Notes: generated from the letters alone by a model not told the origin. 64,000 nt of DNA from a virus (IMGVR_UViG_2974672904_000001:7916-71915); one strand, 5' to 3'. Shown: positions 40,201 through 48,755, counted from the stretch's first letter. Numbers and translations: made by a program.

Positions 40201-43200
40201 AGCCGTATCGTCTGGTTACTTCCAGAACAATACTGTCGTAGTGACCATCAACAAACTGTTGCCAAGAAGTGTTACTAACTTCATGTCAGCAGGTGAGGTA
40301 ATGGCTCACGAATTAGTCCACGCAGTAACAGACAAACTGGCTGATATCTCTCCTAAATTGGATAGACGTGCACATGAGTTGTACCGTCAAGCTAAAGCCG
40401 TAATGACTTGGCAAGACCTGATTGACCCTTCTCTCTCTAAAGAAGATGGTGAAGCAGTAGCTCGCAAGCTGTATGACTACATGTTTGAAGGCAACACCCA
40501 TGACGAAATCTACGTATCCAAGACAACTGGTTTGTCTAAGAGACGTACAGTGTCAGGTCGTCCTGCTGAGTTCATGGCTCTAATGGCTACCAATGAGAAT
40601 GTTCAGAGAGCAGGGGATAAAATCATTGCACAGAAGACTGAATACTCAGGCATTACTGCACGAGTAATCCAAGTCCTCAATGCTGCATTTGATATCTTCT
40701 TCAAGAATGCTCGTACTGAATCTCAGACTATCTCTCAAGAGATGCAGTCAATTGTGTACCAAGCATCGAAGCTACAGAACAACCACCGTAGTGTGGTATC
40801 GAAAGTGGCTGACTCTACTTCTGATATCGCTGAGAAAGGCTTTGAGAAGACAGACAGTAAGATTCGTGAGTTCGTTCAGTCAACTGCTCTTTGGACAGTG
40901 AAACAACCTGTACTAGGTAAAGGGAACTGGTTGAATCCTAAGTCTTACGCTGCTGCTGCAATTGGTGCTCCATTACTGCTATTAGGTAATGAAGAATTCA
41001 GAGCTAAGCTGAGTAACCATGTACGTAACATTGGTGTGTTCCAGAAACGTTCAATCCTAGATGTGATGAATGAGATTGGCAGTACCACTCCGAATATGAA
41101 CCGAGTGTACAGCTTAATCTCAAGACGTGTTCAGGCCATTGACCAAGTACGTACAGCGACTGAAGCCAACGTGTCTAACTACATTGCTAACCAGATGTTC
41201 AAGACTGAGATGAGTGAGAAGTCAGCAGAATCATTGACTAAGAGCATCATCTCTACTGACTTGGTAACACTGGTAGACCAAGTAGGTATGGACAAGGCAT
41301 TGGATGTTCTCTCTGTAGATGACAAACGCCTAACTAGCTTACGTAAAGCCTATCAAGCTAAGCTGAAAGGATTTAAGTATGCTAACTACTACATCAACCA
41401 TGCTAAGGCATTGGGTGAGGCAATGGCCAAGGGCAACTCTGTTTACTATGGTGTCCACAGCAACGCTCACTCAATTGCTCGTCTAGCAGGTGATACAGAG
41501 TTCGGTACTCCTGAGACAGATTCTCTGGCTGAGATTGAGGAAGCAGTTGATGTACTGGCTACCTTGTACGCAGTAATGAATACGTCTAAGACTGACCGTA
41601 TGGCTGCTCGAAACTATCTCATCAAAGATAACAACCACCGTAAAGCTCAAGGTCTGGATACGACTGACGCTAAGCATGTGGGTTTCTCTGCCCTACTTGC
41701 TATGCATCGTGAAGTGAAGCAAGAAGCACTGGAGCTAAACTTTGACAGCAACCCTATGATGGTACGTAAAGGCTACATTCGTGAGCAATACAACCCTAAC
41801 GTAGAGATTGCTATCGTAGCGATTGATGAAGTAGCAGATTATGAGAAGCAAGGGTTTGAGCCTGTCTCTAAAATTACTGAAGGTGTGGACACATCAGAAT
41901 CAGAATATGTACTGATGACCAACCCATACAGTGCTAAGAACAGCTATGACCAAGGGGCATTCTCTCATACTGGCTTCAATACTATGGGTACGCTGTTTGA
42001 TGAATCGACTCCCGGTAATCCAGCAAATGCACAAGACAACATAGATGCACTTAACCAAGATATTATCCTGACAGATAAGGGTTCTATCGGTATGGATAAG
42101 GCTCGTATGTCAATGTTCACTGCTGACCCTGCTAAGCGTGATGAAGTAAATGGAGCGTCTCTTGCACCTGTGCGTAACGATGATGGAGAAATTGTGGGCT
42201 ATCGCTACACTATGTCTTCTGAAATCAAACGTAAGGCACTACAGCGTGAAGAACGTCTGCCACTAGTAATGGCTCGTACCAAGTCTTCAGTAGAAGATAA
42301 GGCATCGTCCCAAGAGCACAACATGGTAGTGCTGAATGAGATATACGATATTCTGGATGAAGAATATGAAGCTCACCCAAATGAGTTCATGTTGGTAGCA
42401 CCAGTAGAGGAAGGCCAACCATCTACAGAGGAATCTGAGATGTGGGCAATGCTTCCTATCTATACTCGTGAAGCTATCATTGCTCGCAATATTGAGCGTG
42501 GTATGGGGGCTACAGCAGGACTGTACGTACCTAAGCGACTAGCGACTCTATTGTTCGGCTCTGCTCCAATTACTGTCAGTAAGATGAACAATGCTAACAA
42601 CATCATGATTCGCTTTGCAGGCGCAATGATGGAGAAGTTCATGCTGAACAAGTACGGCAAGATTGCTGCCTCTACTTATAAGCAAGCACTGGGTACAAGT
42701 AAGGATACTCTGGTTATTAAGAACGTAACCACTACCCTAGGTAACTTCGTCAGTAACGTGTTTGCACTGAGTGTTGCAGGTATCCCTCAGAAGCACATCA
42801 TGAAGAAGCATGTACAGGGCTACAAAGAGATTGTTCAGTACCAACAGCTAATGCATCAGATTAGCCGTGTTCAGCAAGAGCTGACGTACACAGCAATGTC
42901 TGAAGCTAAAGCTAAGGCACTACGTAGCCAACTGGCTGACCTAGAGGGTCGTGTGTCATCCCTATCAATCCTTCCTCTAATTGATGAAGGTCTGTACCAG
43001 ACCATCGTAGAGGATATTGATACGGCTGCTAACGAAACCTCATGGACGACTCCACTCGAAGAAGCAGGTAATAATCTACTGGCTAAAACGGGTAAAGCAG
43101 AGACGTTCATTCGTGAAGGTGTGTTAATCACTCACGATAGTGAAACCTACCGTTACCTTCGTGATGCTGCTCAAGTCTCTGACTTTGTATCTCGATACGT

Positions 43201-43573
43201 GATGTACTCGTACATGACAGAAGAGCAAGGCAAGCCTACTGAGGAGGCAGTACAAGAAGCCCGTGATACGTTTATCATGTACGATGCACCTATGAGTAAG
43301 CCACTGAAGGCACTGAATGACTTAGGATTGTTTAACTTTGCCAAGTTCCTATTAAGAACTCAGCGAGTGTTAGGCAAGAACATACGTCAGAATCCTTCTA
43401 GGACTCTCATGTATAGTCTTCTCTGGGGAGCTATGGGAGCAAGTGCAACTATGGATGTTCTCATGACACCATTTAACTTTGGTGAGATGTTGCTAAGACG
43501 TGCGGTAATCAATCCACTCGGATTCCTATCCAACGGATTAACTGAATTACCTATCTTGAAGATACTGACCTAA
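31292..43573 (+). CDS. Virion-encapsidated RNA polymerase (N4 gp50 vRNAP), 4093 aa
   Basis: ATG 31292 after SD AAGGA. Motif A ETDGKNNG (36941-36964), motif B RQFFKDVLMTVLYG (37331-37372), HSLD, motif C IFDA (about 38258-38269), HELVH (40307-40321). No Cys seen on reading the translation. Confidence 0.96.
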   Translation: MAENTPLDSPETLQSVDAVDGVTQDTPVVTPEVAPQEEVSTPNVETPEITVEDQIKPPVEEELKAVPTKPDETFNAEGNVFKDPEMDLDKISKNPNLNTVTEAVQKHTIPNRPKALLIQEAMRDPSAMIALMSTGAIGAEDVAQQRNQIALQTTQTDLEAIQKAWIKAPENNVFAASANLALHAITGAADIVLAVPDAAITHYNVIHKEAENDTDLAYQTFLVGTTKLRELETIIENPTSTDAEKQEAINEHQVLDNALTSLNTELRKDEKFEQTQDRYLSGYYEDQAINFVTKMRESIKVGNNEALDTLSATVADVVDTNLDTLALAKSQLDEGNLLGATGSFLSGVAGLTAETISAMAENPRGILDLTAYSMGQIAGTVLLTRGVGAGVGAVKAGVSIPNKVGALIGYQSLFATDAYQAFEQEYGHLPEAQQALILNGLAGLAAFVATSGDEFMVGSLAKLTRSAHSIKTTAFKDVMTGVPVNQAKATARRLATAVVPKRTLGGAAAESIQEFTESLIVQYAGTQDWDKVSGQDALVEGLLASGAGGLTGAVGDIGNAFRGVRKGNFESTLGKAKEGFTATRNEIPDVETFVEVNEAHAQNLNTTVESLSRDKDGNIEPTQENLGKVASLYDATVRLVGGLDSIFADIPAFKALNVRDALTKEIQAGTPVNEALVKVMGAVQGAMNPQALVESLQKNPEAMQKIVSVMQQLAPEQQAELGNDINGLAEGVSLMTGQITNYVSALVQNFDLEEMAKGVDAQTSQQRKDLAKAKLAKKKAAEQAKVEEEVAPVRERSKFTVEETINQFNENQRSKESNNAETTTAEETQTETPIAEEVPETEVETIANENIDSDAEGGVVRESPTTAQPQYVTNFANNTRKENIPLNTKSADIKTLADVNARMRGMLTNINNGKDTDGKLKGAYIGMMRSLGYQLETLSKKKTLTDADKATIDAITNAIASYAYGYAQSTQTNNADLKALYEGKIRNANFNTIAKGVKAAGHSLPVNPFVVISGFGKQGTKQSGTTKSADSTAPQQKKTKGALDRDADSVKQTKRKGVITTKSLIDLKQFKAFTMLGGLIHGIFEGDVTNAPQEMVDEVANLGATSEFDTLYTELKNQVENLQKTTNQIFKTSRHQKLQEDRVANAYLALASYFKRNDPDGRDLTYVLAMHSPEVYQAMDTVLESAPIESEFSSKLNKVAKELVFEETPTNPEEFPKDAVEKQAMVLSGLEAIQTAGKETAMEFIRYVVSEGLDKTGDTVNTLKNILMSDNIRDYALPLKLVNNASIERINKFVNHKSLPNRAKEADAETEATWSGNLYNGVQEAMARLKLATNKLNMFNIEGDKESTKHGGLYQVFNLFTVLEDTEHENHQKVVESFSPAELEQLQKMLPYIQSMRNMYSHMFHRTEGLDATMLNNRVLDLFETMSSQGSSDFSDNYLHPNLSAIVAQTALEYAMTDGIAAFGYNKPEDIKDLVGEKLAGMHGVADALSSGSMHNQVVNRLGRQIVKRLGLTLDGSKASRDVMAQMETSIGHMALLGLMNSGLVEGYTFMALKDKQGKSHYTIIDGISAAKVPEGYTLDTKNTRKMVRFNEDKLNAIEQKTGKPIFEELSMDKSLIKKLYGEVAKNDVATEASEISVDRGNEEINTLVRTVAEKTPLFMHEGKVQMFENLSEEVQLEILKGNISTEGKHQSRHKSIEAKNRKAKATLARIRYTVRNVGEAGKYYLHQIVGQNLRYTGNSPKGIDPVNMAEARFLTNVAPTDTITFNSGDATLERVAHMFRKAILQNLDNKPEEKTPAQTVEIFDKLVANEAVQEAIALVAKAKEEKLSAEESARLMTLLKGDKSLGFETESPAHGLDAFHALANYQAAVQDGEFSFDGHVGIETDGKNNGSALGWLQNAPIASLEDALRMAKSVGLNFDDEAHTTFADLKAATEGFLDAYQHLAKASGQVGDKLAVNQIPDEHIEELLDNLFTDMPNRGEVYNQLLSLLVPQNGSSANVSILDDKGNVTSDGRQFFKDVLMTVLYGASVETQDSYFANRLVTTHLDSLEYFAGAENNSDTQTAFAEYIAKVNSLGLDQQIPLPNFKGNWQAEILAEKEGVFKSPYVFHAPAIKQLTEEKVANTIGVTYREALNTSTYKTIVDQAGSIAESANIKHMQTTLVINKLRAKYVASLGLDADAQLTANQESHFESTVVAPLMAKVEAPIGATSEGTSGTSGIDISRKGEARQEIPAREIEKAQAAFEKARAEGSTKIMQEFLPTKYREQYVQDVAAQPTTTTMRSQIVKFLMKSPELSTAPSLVHSLDSAIQLFAALSQNIPFINIFDAQLGVASTIANMGNTSNTSMMEVMNNFNIYEALTDAYKASDDAMADVLTEEEMEVVYTEIANALGLPDFNYKTYMADVRTSYQTIAKRAAKVQELLISTDQYPMDANTPLVNNNRNEESSLESVQEEFKDSLDMDKLPKVVPDVPMNKSRDHAKNASVLLTAETDIVIDDINNDVSRYSVEHSVIGERYTAIMKQLADNIESVATFSPKQSKKLKGVAKALKQMMYDNRDRGLYVIPTTSLDTLFADIEQMLAESPQLSEDVKKYLLSDEGKLLLRTTDVMVTEDVRYTDNNAVNLWLNMEKNKKWMNKPISQLLSADFIDSITMDIPLGMNISGVEVFHAIITSPKSKAFIGNDVTGTNNEYFSKTVLEALKSMKTVEQRKAFYQATGILHNRRHWKALNRVPMFNNAMMDALIRAHTNPKIKFKLNILEKGALFDNVEDGFSKMNHLQKRVLRWYDKRGAFAGTNIAKADVRGWVFQSLFTYEEQLNLGLAKATKNVSNEKTHETDVDTRSEDNKTLEHTITYNGETFTLTGNNIQTYEINGGLAIDGEITAIGEFSNELEFVQTDVGGLIKPKLGTPTYDNTNNDTTYNEISNESVLETYDDIVSSSVTKDSSTHATSLRNLVSAMSTALHGIKIKIGDTTSAVSSGYFQNNTVVVTINKLLPRSVTNFMSAGEVMAHELVHAVTDKLADISPKLDRRAHELYRQAKAVMTWQDLIDPSLSKEDGEAVARKLYDYMFEGNTHDEIYVSKTTGLSKRRTVSGRPAEFMALMATNENVQRAGDKIIAQKTEYSGITARVIQVLNAAFDIFFKNARTESQTISQEMQSIVYQASKLQNNHRSVVSKVADSTSDIAEKGFEKTDSKIREFVQSTALWTVKQPVLGKGNWLNPKSYAAAAIGAPLLLLGNEEFRAKLSNHVRNIGVFQKRSILDVMNEIGSTTPNMNRVYSLISRRVQAIDQVRTATEANVSNYIANQMFKTEMSEKSAESLTKSIISTDLVTLVDQVGMDKALDVLSVDDKRLTSLRKAYQAKLKGFKYANYYINHAKALGEAMAKGNSVYYGVHSNAHSIARLAGDTEFGTPETDSLAEIEEAVDVLATLYAVMNTSKTDRMAARNYLIKDNNHRKAQGLDTTDAKHVGFSALLAMHREVKQEALELNFDSNPMMVRKGYIREQYNPNVEIAIVAIDEVADYEKQGFEPVSKITEGVDTSESEYVLMTNPYSAKNSYDQGAFSHTGFNTMGTLFDESTPGNPANAQDNIDALNQDIILTDKGSIGMDKARMSMFTADPAKRDEVNGASLAPVRNDDGEIVGYRYTMSSEIKRKALQREERLPLVMARTKSSVEDKASSQEHNMVVLNEIYDILDEEYEAHPNEFMLVAPVEEGQPSTEESEMWAMLPIYTREAIIARNIERGMGATAGLYVPKRLATLLFGSAPITVSKMNNANNIMIRFAGAMMEKFMLNKYGKIAASTYKQALGTSKDTLVIKNVTTTLGNFVSNVFALSVAGIPQKHIMKKHVQGYKEIVQYQQLMHQISRVQQELTYTAMSEAKAKALRSQLADLEGRVSSLSILPLIDEGLYQTIVEDIDTAANETSWTTPLEEAGNNLLAKTGKAETFIREGVLITHDSETYRYLRDAAQVSDFVSRYVMYSYMTEEQGKPTEEAVQEARDTFIMYDAPMSKPLKALNDLGLFNFAKFLLRTQRVLGKNIRQNPSRTLMYSLLWGAMGASATMDVLMTPFNFGEMLLRRAVINPLGFLSNGLTELPILKILT

Positions 43574-43577
43574 AGGG

Positions 43578-43605
43578 AAAAGAGGGGGCGTTAGCCCCCT
43601 TTTTA
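43578..43605. terminator. Bidirectional terminator between convergent late and middle units
   Basis: AAAAGAGGGGGC-GTTA-GCCCCCTTTTT with A/T tracts on both sides. Confidence 0.85.
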
Positions 43606-43785
43606 TTTAGAGTCAATCCAGTTAATGAATAACCAGATTAAGATGACAACGAATGCAGTACCTAACATGCTAGAGTTAAATGAGGCAGAGGATGCAGTCA
43701 CAGCCGAACTGCAAGACCCTATCCCTATTAAACACGCAACTACTACACCTAGTATACGAAGTAACTTGTTTAGCATGATAGGCAC
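43603..43785 (-). CDS. Small two-TM membrane protein
   Basis: SD AGGAG; two hydrophobic stretches; start may be at the downstream ATG (MLNK). Confidence 0.55.
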   Translation of the reverse strand: MPIMLNKLLRILGVVVACLIGIGSCSSAVTASSASFNSSMLGTAFVVILIWLFINWIDSK

Positions 43786-43793
43786 TCCTAGTT

Positions 43794-44615
43794 TTAATCT
43801 AGGTCATCCCAATCATCAAACTCGTCATCTTCACCATCGTCAGCAGGGTCTTCTACTGGTTCTGGTTCTGGATCAGGCTTAGGTTCAACTTTTGTCTTTG
43901 GCTTCGCTTTAGATTTAGCAGGAGCTTTAGCTTTAGATTTAGCTTTGGCCTTAGGCTTAGGCTTTTCTTCTTCAGCAGGGGCTACGGCTTCTTCTTCATC
44001 GTCAAAGTCATCAGCTTCTTCTTCTGGCTCAAATGGTGGCTCATCATCTTCGTCATCGAAGTCATCATCTAACTCATCGTCAGATTCTTCTTCTGCACCC
44101 GATTCTTCATCGTCACCAAATTCGTCATCGAATTCATCGTCACTGTCTTCTGCAATAGCATCATCTAGCTCAGCTAGTTCAGCTTCAATGTCGTCATCAG
44201 CAAAGGCTTCATCTTCTTCGGCTTCTACTTCGTCATCGCCTTCAAAGTCTTCTTCACCTTCGGTTTCAGCATCGTCTGCAAATTCGTCTGCGTCATCTGC
44301 AAACTCATCATCGTCAGGCAATTCCACGTCCATCTCTGCCTGTTCATCCAAAGTGTCTTCAGAATCCAAGGTATTCACGATAGCAGCGTTAGAGTCACCT
44401 TTCTCATCTACTGGATACTCAGTAACGTTCAGGTCATCCACATCTGTAACAAGGTCAAATTCGACCTCTACAGCATCTTCACTGGCACCACGAGCTTTAC
44501 GTAGAGTGATGTCCACATCCTTAATAAGATGGCCATCTGGTAAAGCACCGATATGGTGAAGATACAAGACAGCAGCCTTTTTAAGAGCTGTGCCATTCAT
44601 TTCTAGTTTAAGCAT
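43794..44615 (-). CDS. Highly acidic low-complexity protein with a Lys/Ala/Pro tract
   Basis: Folded-looking N-terminal ~65 aa, long D/E tract, KPKAKAKSKAK segment, acidic tail; SD AAGGA. Confidence 0.75.
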   Translation of the reverse strand: MLKLEMNGTALKKAAVLYLHHIGALPDGHLIKDVDITLRKARGASEDAVEVEFDLVTDVDDLNVTEYPVDEKGDSNAAIVNTLDSEDTLDEQAEMDVELPDDDEFADDADEFADDAETEGEEDFEGDDEVEAEEDEAFADDDIEAELAELDDAIAEDSDDEFDDEFGDDEESGAEEESDDELDDDFDDEDDEPPFEPEEEADDFDDEEEAVAPAEEEKPKPKAKAKSKAKAPAKSKAKPKTKVEPKPDPEPEPVEDPADDGEDDEFDDWDDLD

Positions 44616-44616
44616 T

Positions 44617-45039
44617 TTATTTCCTTTTTAACTGTTTAACGTAAACGACAACATAAGGCTTATTCACTTTGCCAATACTTCCTACATCAAAAAAGATTTT
44701 AGGGAGGTGTTTAATGTCGTCATCTGCGATACGTCCTGAGTTAACAAGACAATCTGAGAAGAACTTGTCCACAATGCTACATACGTTTCCGAGGTCTACT
44801 CGTGAGTTATTGTGCCAGTGTAGCTCATACTTAATTGCGATTCGTTCCGTGAACACTGGGCACTTTCGCTTCAGTTGTGGTTCTATCACTGAAGCAAAAG
44901 TTTTCTTGAGGTTATTGAGTATTTGAAAATGCAGATTCCTATATTGATTAACATTCAATGCAATCTTATTAGGCTTCTGCGTTTTCCGATTAACCCCAAG
45001 AATGATATGAGTAGGAACTCGTATCTTAAAGGTCGTCAT
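44617..45039 (-). CDS. rusA: RusA-like Holliday junction resolvase
   Basis: RVDLGNVCSIVDKFFSDCLVNSGRIADDD matches the RusA D.DN..K...D.L......DD pattern; start at MTTF overlapping the SSB stop. Confidence 0.75.
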   Translation of the reverse strand: MTTFKIRVPTHIILGVNRKTQKPNKIALNVNQYRNLHFQILNNLKKTFASVIEPQLKRKCPVFTERIAIKYELHWHNNSRVDLGNVCSIVDKFFSDCLVNSGRIADDDIKHLPKIFFDVGSIGKVNKPYVVVYVKQLKRK

Positions 45040-45766
45040 CGCCAGCCAGTTCATCTACGCTACCTGAGGTAGCTTGACCAGTAGTTTGGGTCACAGCAGT
45101 CACAGGCTTGTATTTATCAATGAACTTAACTTCTTTCTTAGCCCATTGTTCAGTGAACTTCTTAGCCCATTCAGCTTCAGAACCTTTCTTGATTTCAAAG
45201 ACTGTACGACGAGACTTATCCAGTACATTCTGGATACGGTATTCCCATTCTTCTTCGTTAGTAGGGATATCGTACTTACCTGTCGTAGGGTTCTTATCCA
45301 TACGGTTTTTACGAGTAGGTACAATTGCCACAAACATCTGTTTGCCTGCTAGAGAAGGGATCACATCACAGTCTTTCTCTTCACCATAAATAGTGATTTT
45401 GCCTGCTTTAGACTGGAGTTCTTCAAATGACTTTTTACCCTTGGATACTAGCTGAGTGATCATGTTCAATTGAGAGTAGCCAGAAGTAGGCTGTTCACCA
45501 CGTCCATAATCAGGAGTGAAGTTACCACTTGCATCTGCAAAGAAGTCCAGCTTCTGTAGTTCTTGGGTACCTTCAGAAGTACGTGCAACGAATTCAATGA
45601 ATGAACCATAAGAACCTTTCGCAAACTGGTGAAGACCTGCTTGGTTAACTTTGATTTGTACAATCTGTGCAGACTTGAACTGGAAGAAACCACCTCCACC
45701 CGTGCCTGCTTCTTTTTCCTGAGAGGTAACCTCTTTGTTACCTGATAGTTTTGACATTAAGCTCAT
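45026..45766 (-). CDS. Single-stranded DNA-binding protein (N4 gp45-like)
   Basis: Synteny, aromatic-rich OB-like core, acidic C-terminus ELAGDDDL. Confidence 0.75.
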   Translation of the reverse strand: MSLMSKLSGNKEVTSQEKEAGTGGGGFFQFKSAQIVQIKVNQAGLHQFAKGSYGSFIEFVARTSEGTQELQKLDFFADASGNFTPDYGRGEQPTSGYSQLNMITQLVSKGKKSFEELQSKAGKITIYGEEKDCDVIPSLAGKQMFVAIVPTRKNRMDKNPTTGKYDIPTNEEEWEYRIQNVLDKSRRTVFEIKKGSEAEWAKKFTEQWAKKEVKFIDKYKPVTAVTQTTGQATSGSVDELAGDDDL

Positions 45767-45782
45767 AAAAGTATTTCCCTAG

Positions 45783-46568
45783 TTATTGAGTGTGGAACGC
45801 ATGTAGACGTTCGATTAACAGTGTGATGTCGTTGTCCATGTATTGAGCGTCTTCGTCAATGATTCCATCTTCAAAGACTTGCTCAGACATACGAATTAAT
45901 GCAGTAGTTGCATCTGAGTCATCGCCAAAGTGCTGTAGCTTATAGACGTATTTAACGCCTTTACGCTTATCACGTTTAGAGATGTTCAGAAGACCCTGAG
46001 CATGTTTCTCATGGTCTCCATCTTCCAACATTTCTACATCAACTGGCATCGCATGAACTATGGTCGAGAAGTAGGCTTCTAAGCCCTCTTTCTTACCGAT
46101 AGAGCCTGCAATAGCAGCTTGTAGTGCATTGGCCTTATTGCTTTTCAAATTCTCCGTAAGGTGAACTGTGGCAATAAATGGGATAGTAAGCTTACTCACT
46201 TCATCCATAATATCCAGAATGAACTGCTTATAACTTCCCCATGCAGAACGAGTATCTTCTACAGTAGGAGCGTTAATGTACTGAGTTTCATACTTAGACA
46301 TTAGGAACGAGAATGAATCCAACACGATACCACCTGAGTATTTTTCCTGTAACTCAGGCTTAGCATTGATGGTTCTAAGGAACTTTAATGCCTCTTTAGG
46401 GTCAGTGATGTTCTTCACTTTGTTAGAAGAGTCGTGACGAAACGGAATCTCTTTCATAGACTCCGCATCTAACCACAACACATTTCTAAGCTTACGTAAG
46501 CTGTGTGTCTTACCACCTGTGGACTCTCCCACAAGTAGAATAGATAGCTTAGGTGCTTGCTGTGCCAT
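45783..46568 (-). CDS. AAA ATPase (Sak4-like, N4 gp44-like)
   Basis: Walker A VGESTGGKTHS, Walker B IVLDSFSFL, LEAYFSTIV. Confidence 0.85.
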   Translation of the reverse strand: MAQQAPKLSILLVGESTGGKTHSLRKLRNVLWLDAESMKEIPFRHDSSNKVKNITDPKEALKFLRTINAKPELQEKYSGGIVLDSFSFLMSKYETQYINAPTVEDTRSAWGSYKQFILDIMDEVSKLTIPFIATVHLTENLKSNKANALQAAIAGSIGKKEGLEAYFSTIVHAMPVDVEMLEDGDHEKHAQGLLNISKRDKRKGVKYVYKLQHFGDDSDATTALIRMSEQVFEDGIIDEDAQYMDNDITLLIERLHAFHTQ

Positions 46569-46589
46569 AATTTCTCCTAAGACTTCAGC

Positions 46590-48755
46590 CTAGACTGAAG
46601 CCTTCTTTTTAATGGTTTTAAAGATAGTCTGTTGCAACTCTTGTTGACTCAGAGGTGACGGTAGACGCTTGTTCATAGCTGATACATGGGAAGTAATCGT
46701 ATGAGAGTTAAAGCCTGCATCTGTCAGTGCTTTCGCATAACGTAGCAAGGTGTTGTTACGACCTAGCTTATCTGCATGCATAACTACCCAACGCTGTAGG
46801 CCATCTAATTGCATAGCTGTTAGCTCAGTGATTTGCTCACGCATCTCTTGGTTCTTATGGGTACGAGGGATGTGAGGCAGAATCTCAAAGAGCTTACCTG
46901 CGTTAGTAATTACCTTCTTACCTTTCGGTTCAGAACTCCACATACGGCATCGGTCAATCGTGGAAGCATCCATCTCGAACGGGAAGAAATCTCGAATAGA
47001 AGCCAGTGTTTCTTTAAAGACTTCATCATCCACTTCCACATTATGCGTCATTGGAATCAAGATACGGCAACGGTTATGCTGGGCTGTATGTCGCTTGGTT
47101 ATGTGTAGAATATAGGTGTAATCCTCTAATACACTTTTCAGGTATTTGATAGGGGTACCGTCATCCATGTCTATAACCAGAACATTGAATCCCTTTATGA
47201 CCGAAGCATCATTCCTATTACCACCTTGCAAGTGGTGGTTGGTGTAACGTCCATTAGGTCGCAGAACTAGCTCAGCAAGCTTGGAGAATGGCATACGAAC
47301 ATTCTTGTATCCGTCACCACGTTTACCTGACAGGTTGTAACTAATTGTCAGCTTGTCTGTGTCTGTTTTCTCGAACGCTTTAGCAGAATGAATAGCAATA
47401 CCGTTTTCATACTTAGTGGTTATCACTACGTTATGTTTTAAACCCCAAGTCTTCGCATAATCCATCATCTGATTCTGTTGACTCGGAGACGATGGGTAAT
47501 ACGTGAGTTCTTCTATCAGGTCTACATCATTAAACTCACGATGTTTGAACTTCAATAAGAACTTAGCCAAACGAACATGAGGCTTATCTTGCGTAGAGAT
47601 ACGGTGCAGAGCTTTACCACTCAGCTCTACTAGAGCAATCGCATAGTCTATGTCTTCAGTAGTCATAGTCTTACGGCTGTCAAGCATGGCATATAGAGCA
47701 GCTACACGTAGCACTTTACTTGGACGGTGAGTAACTTCAGTTAGAAGAATCGTATTCAGAGTCTTCTTCTTCATTTTCTCACCAAGGTTATTACAGTGAA
47801 TCTGATAATCCAAATAGCGTAATGCTTGGTCTTTCGGCATTTCTATATTGGCATCTTTCCACGAGGCATCAGCAAGTTTGGCTAACATCCCTGACATCTT
47901 CTTAAACGAAGCGTGAGAGCTAGGGTTAGTTAGCTTGTCATACAGGACTGCTGAATCCTGTTCAGTGCGTAGAGTTTCATCACCGAAGCCAAAGATACAT
48001 CTTCGACCAAAACCCTCTACAAGGCGTTCTAGGAGGATTTTTTCTGTATTACGACCATCGAGTAGACGGTCAGGTGTTCCAAACATCAGAGCACATGCAG
48101 GTGAAATCAAATCCATAGGAAGACTGATGCGAGCATTCTCACCAGTATTCTTTAGGACTTTATTACTTAGTAGACCTGCATCATAAAGTTCTAGGAAGAT
48201 ATCCAAGATATCTGATGCTTTGACAAGGTTGGCACCAACTTCATCAAGTTCTAGGTTGAGTGAACCCACACCTACAATACCTGCTGCATCACGCATCTGA
48301 CGTATGCCCGCTACAGTAGAGTCGTAGGAGAAGTTCGGAGAGTAGCCACCTAGTGAACGATAGTAAGTAGTCAGAGCACTACGGATATCATCGAGGTCAC
48401 GAGAAGGCTGAGTTAAGTGAATCATGTTAGCCATATCGTCTAGGCCGTCTTCTTCACTTGGATAAAACACGTCATTAAAAAAGCGAGTATTGAACTCTTT
48501 AATCACATGGTTATTAATCAAGTTTTTACTATGGTTTTTACCGTAGCCTGACGGAGCTAGGTTCATTGCATATATACCCAATGGCTGTGGGTCAGTGAAT
48601 TCTGTCTTCACTTTCATGTGCATCATTGCAGCAACTCTGCCGAGGTAATAAGTCATGCTGACCCGAAAGAAATTCAGGTCAGGGTTATTACATTTATGAC
48701 TTAATCCATGACAAACTTGCTCCACTAAAGGGTGTAGTTTAGTAGGCAATTTCAT
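46590..48755 (-). CDS. DNA primase (N4 gp43-like; P-loop region plus C-terminal primase region)
   Basis: LAPSGYGKN, LELDEVG, VIDMDDG, GRNNTLLRYA (PriCT-like). Confidence 0.85.
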   Translation of the reverse strand: MKLPTKLHPLVEQVCHGLSHKCNNPDLNFFRVSMTYYLGRVAAMMHMKVKTEFTDPQPLGIYAMNLAPSGYGKNHSKNLINNHVIKEFNTRFFNDVFYPSEEDGLDDMANMIHLTQPSRDLDDIRSALTTYYRSLGGYSPNFSYDSTVAGIRQMRDAAGIVGVGSLNLELDEVGANLVKASDILDIFLELYDAGLLSNKVLKNTGENARISLPMDLISPACALMFGTPDRLLDGRNTEKILLERLVEGFGRRCIFGFGDETLRTEQDSAVLYDKLTNPSSHASFKKMSGMLAKLADASWKDANIEMPKDQALRYLDYQIHCNNLGEKMKKKTLNTILLTEVTHRPSKVLRVAALYAMLDSRKTMTTEDIDYAIALVELSGKALHRISTQDKPHVRLAKFLLKFKHREFNDVDLIEELTYYPSSPSQQNQMMDYAKTWGLKHNVVITTKYENGIAIHSAKAFEKTDTDKLTISYNLSGKRGDGYKNVRMPFSKLAELVLRPNGRYTNHHLQGGNRNDASVIKGFNVLVIDMDDGTPIKYLKSVLEDYTYILHITKRHTAQHNRCRILIPMTHNVEVDDEVFKETLASIRDFFPFEMDASTIDRCRMWSSEPKGKKVITNAGKLFEILPHIPRTHKNQEMREQITELTAMQLDGLQRWVVMHADKLGRNNTLLRYAKALTDAGFNSHTITSHVSAMNKRLPSPLSQQELQQTIFKTIKKKASV

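Noticed and set aside
31396-43131. Many 60-130 aa minus-strand or off-frame ORFs inside vRNAP and other long genes
   Set aside because: Expected by chance opposite long coding regions; no SD, motifs or operon context.
43945-44559. Plus-strand 204-aa poly-Ser ORF
   Set aside because: Reverse complement of GAT/GAA codons in the acidic protein.
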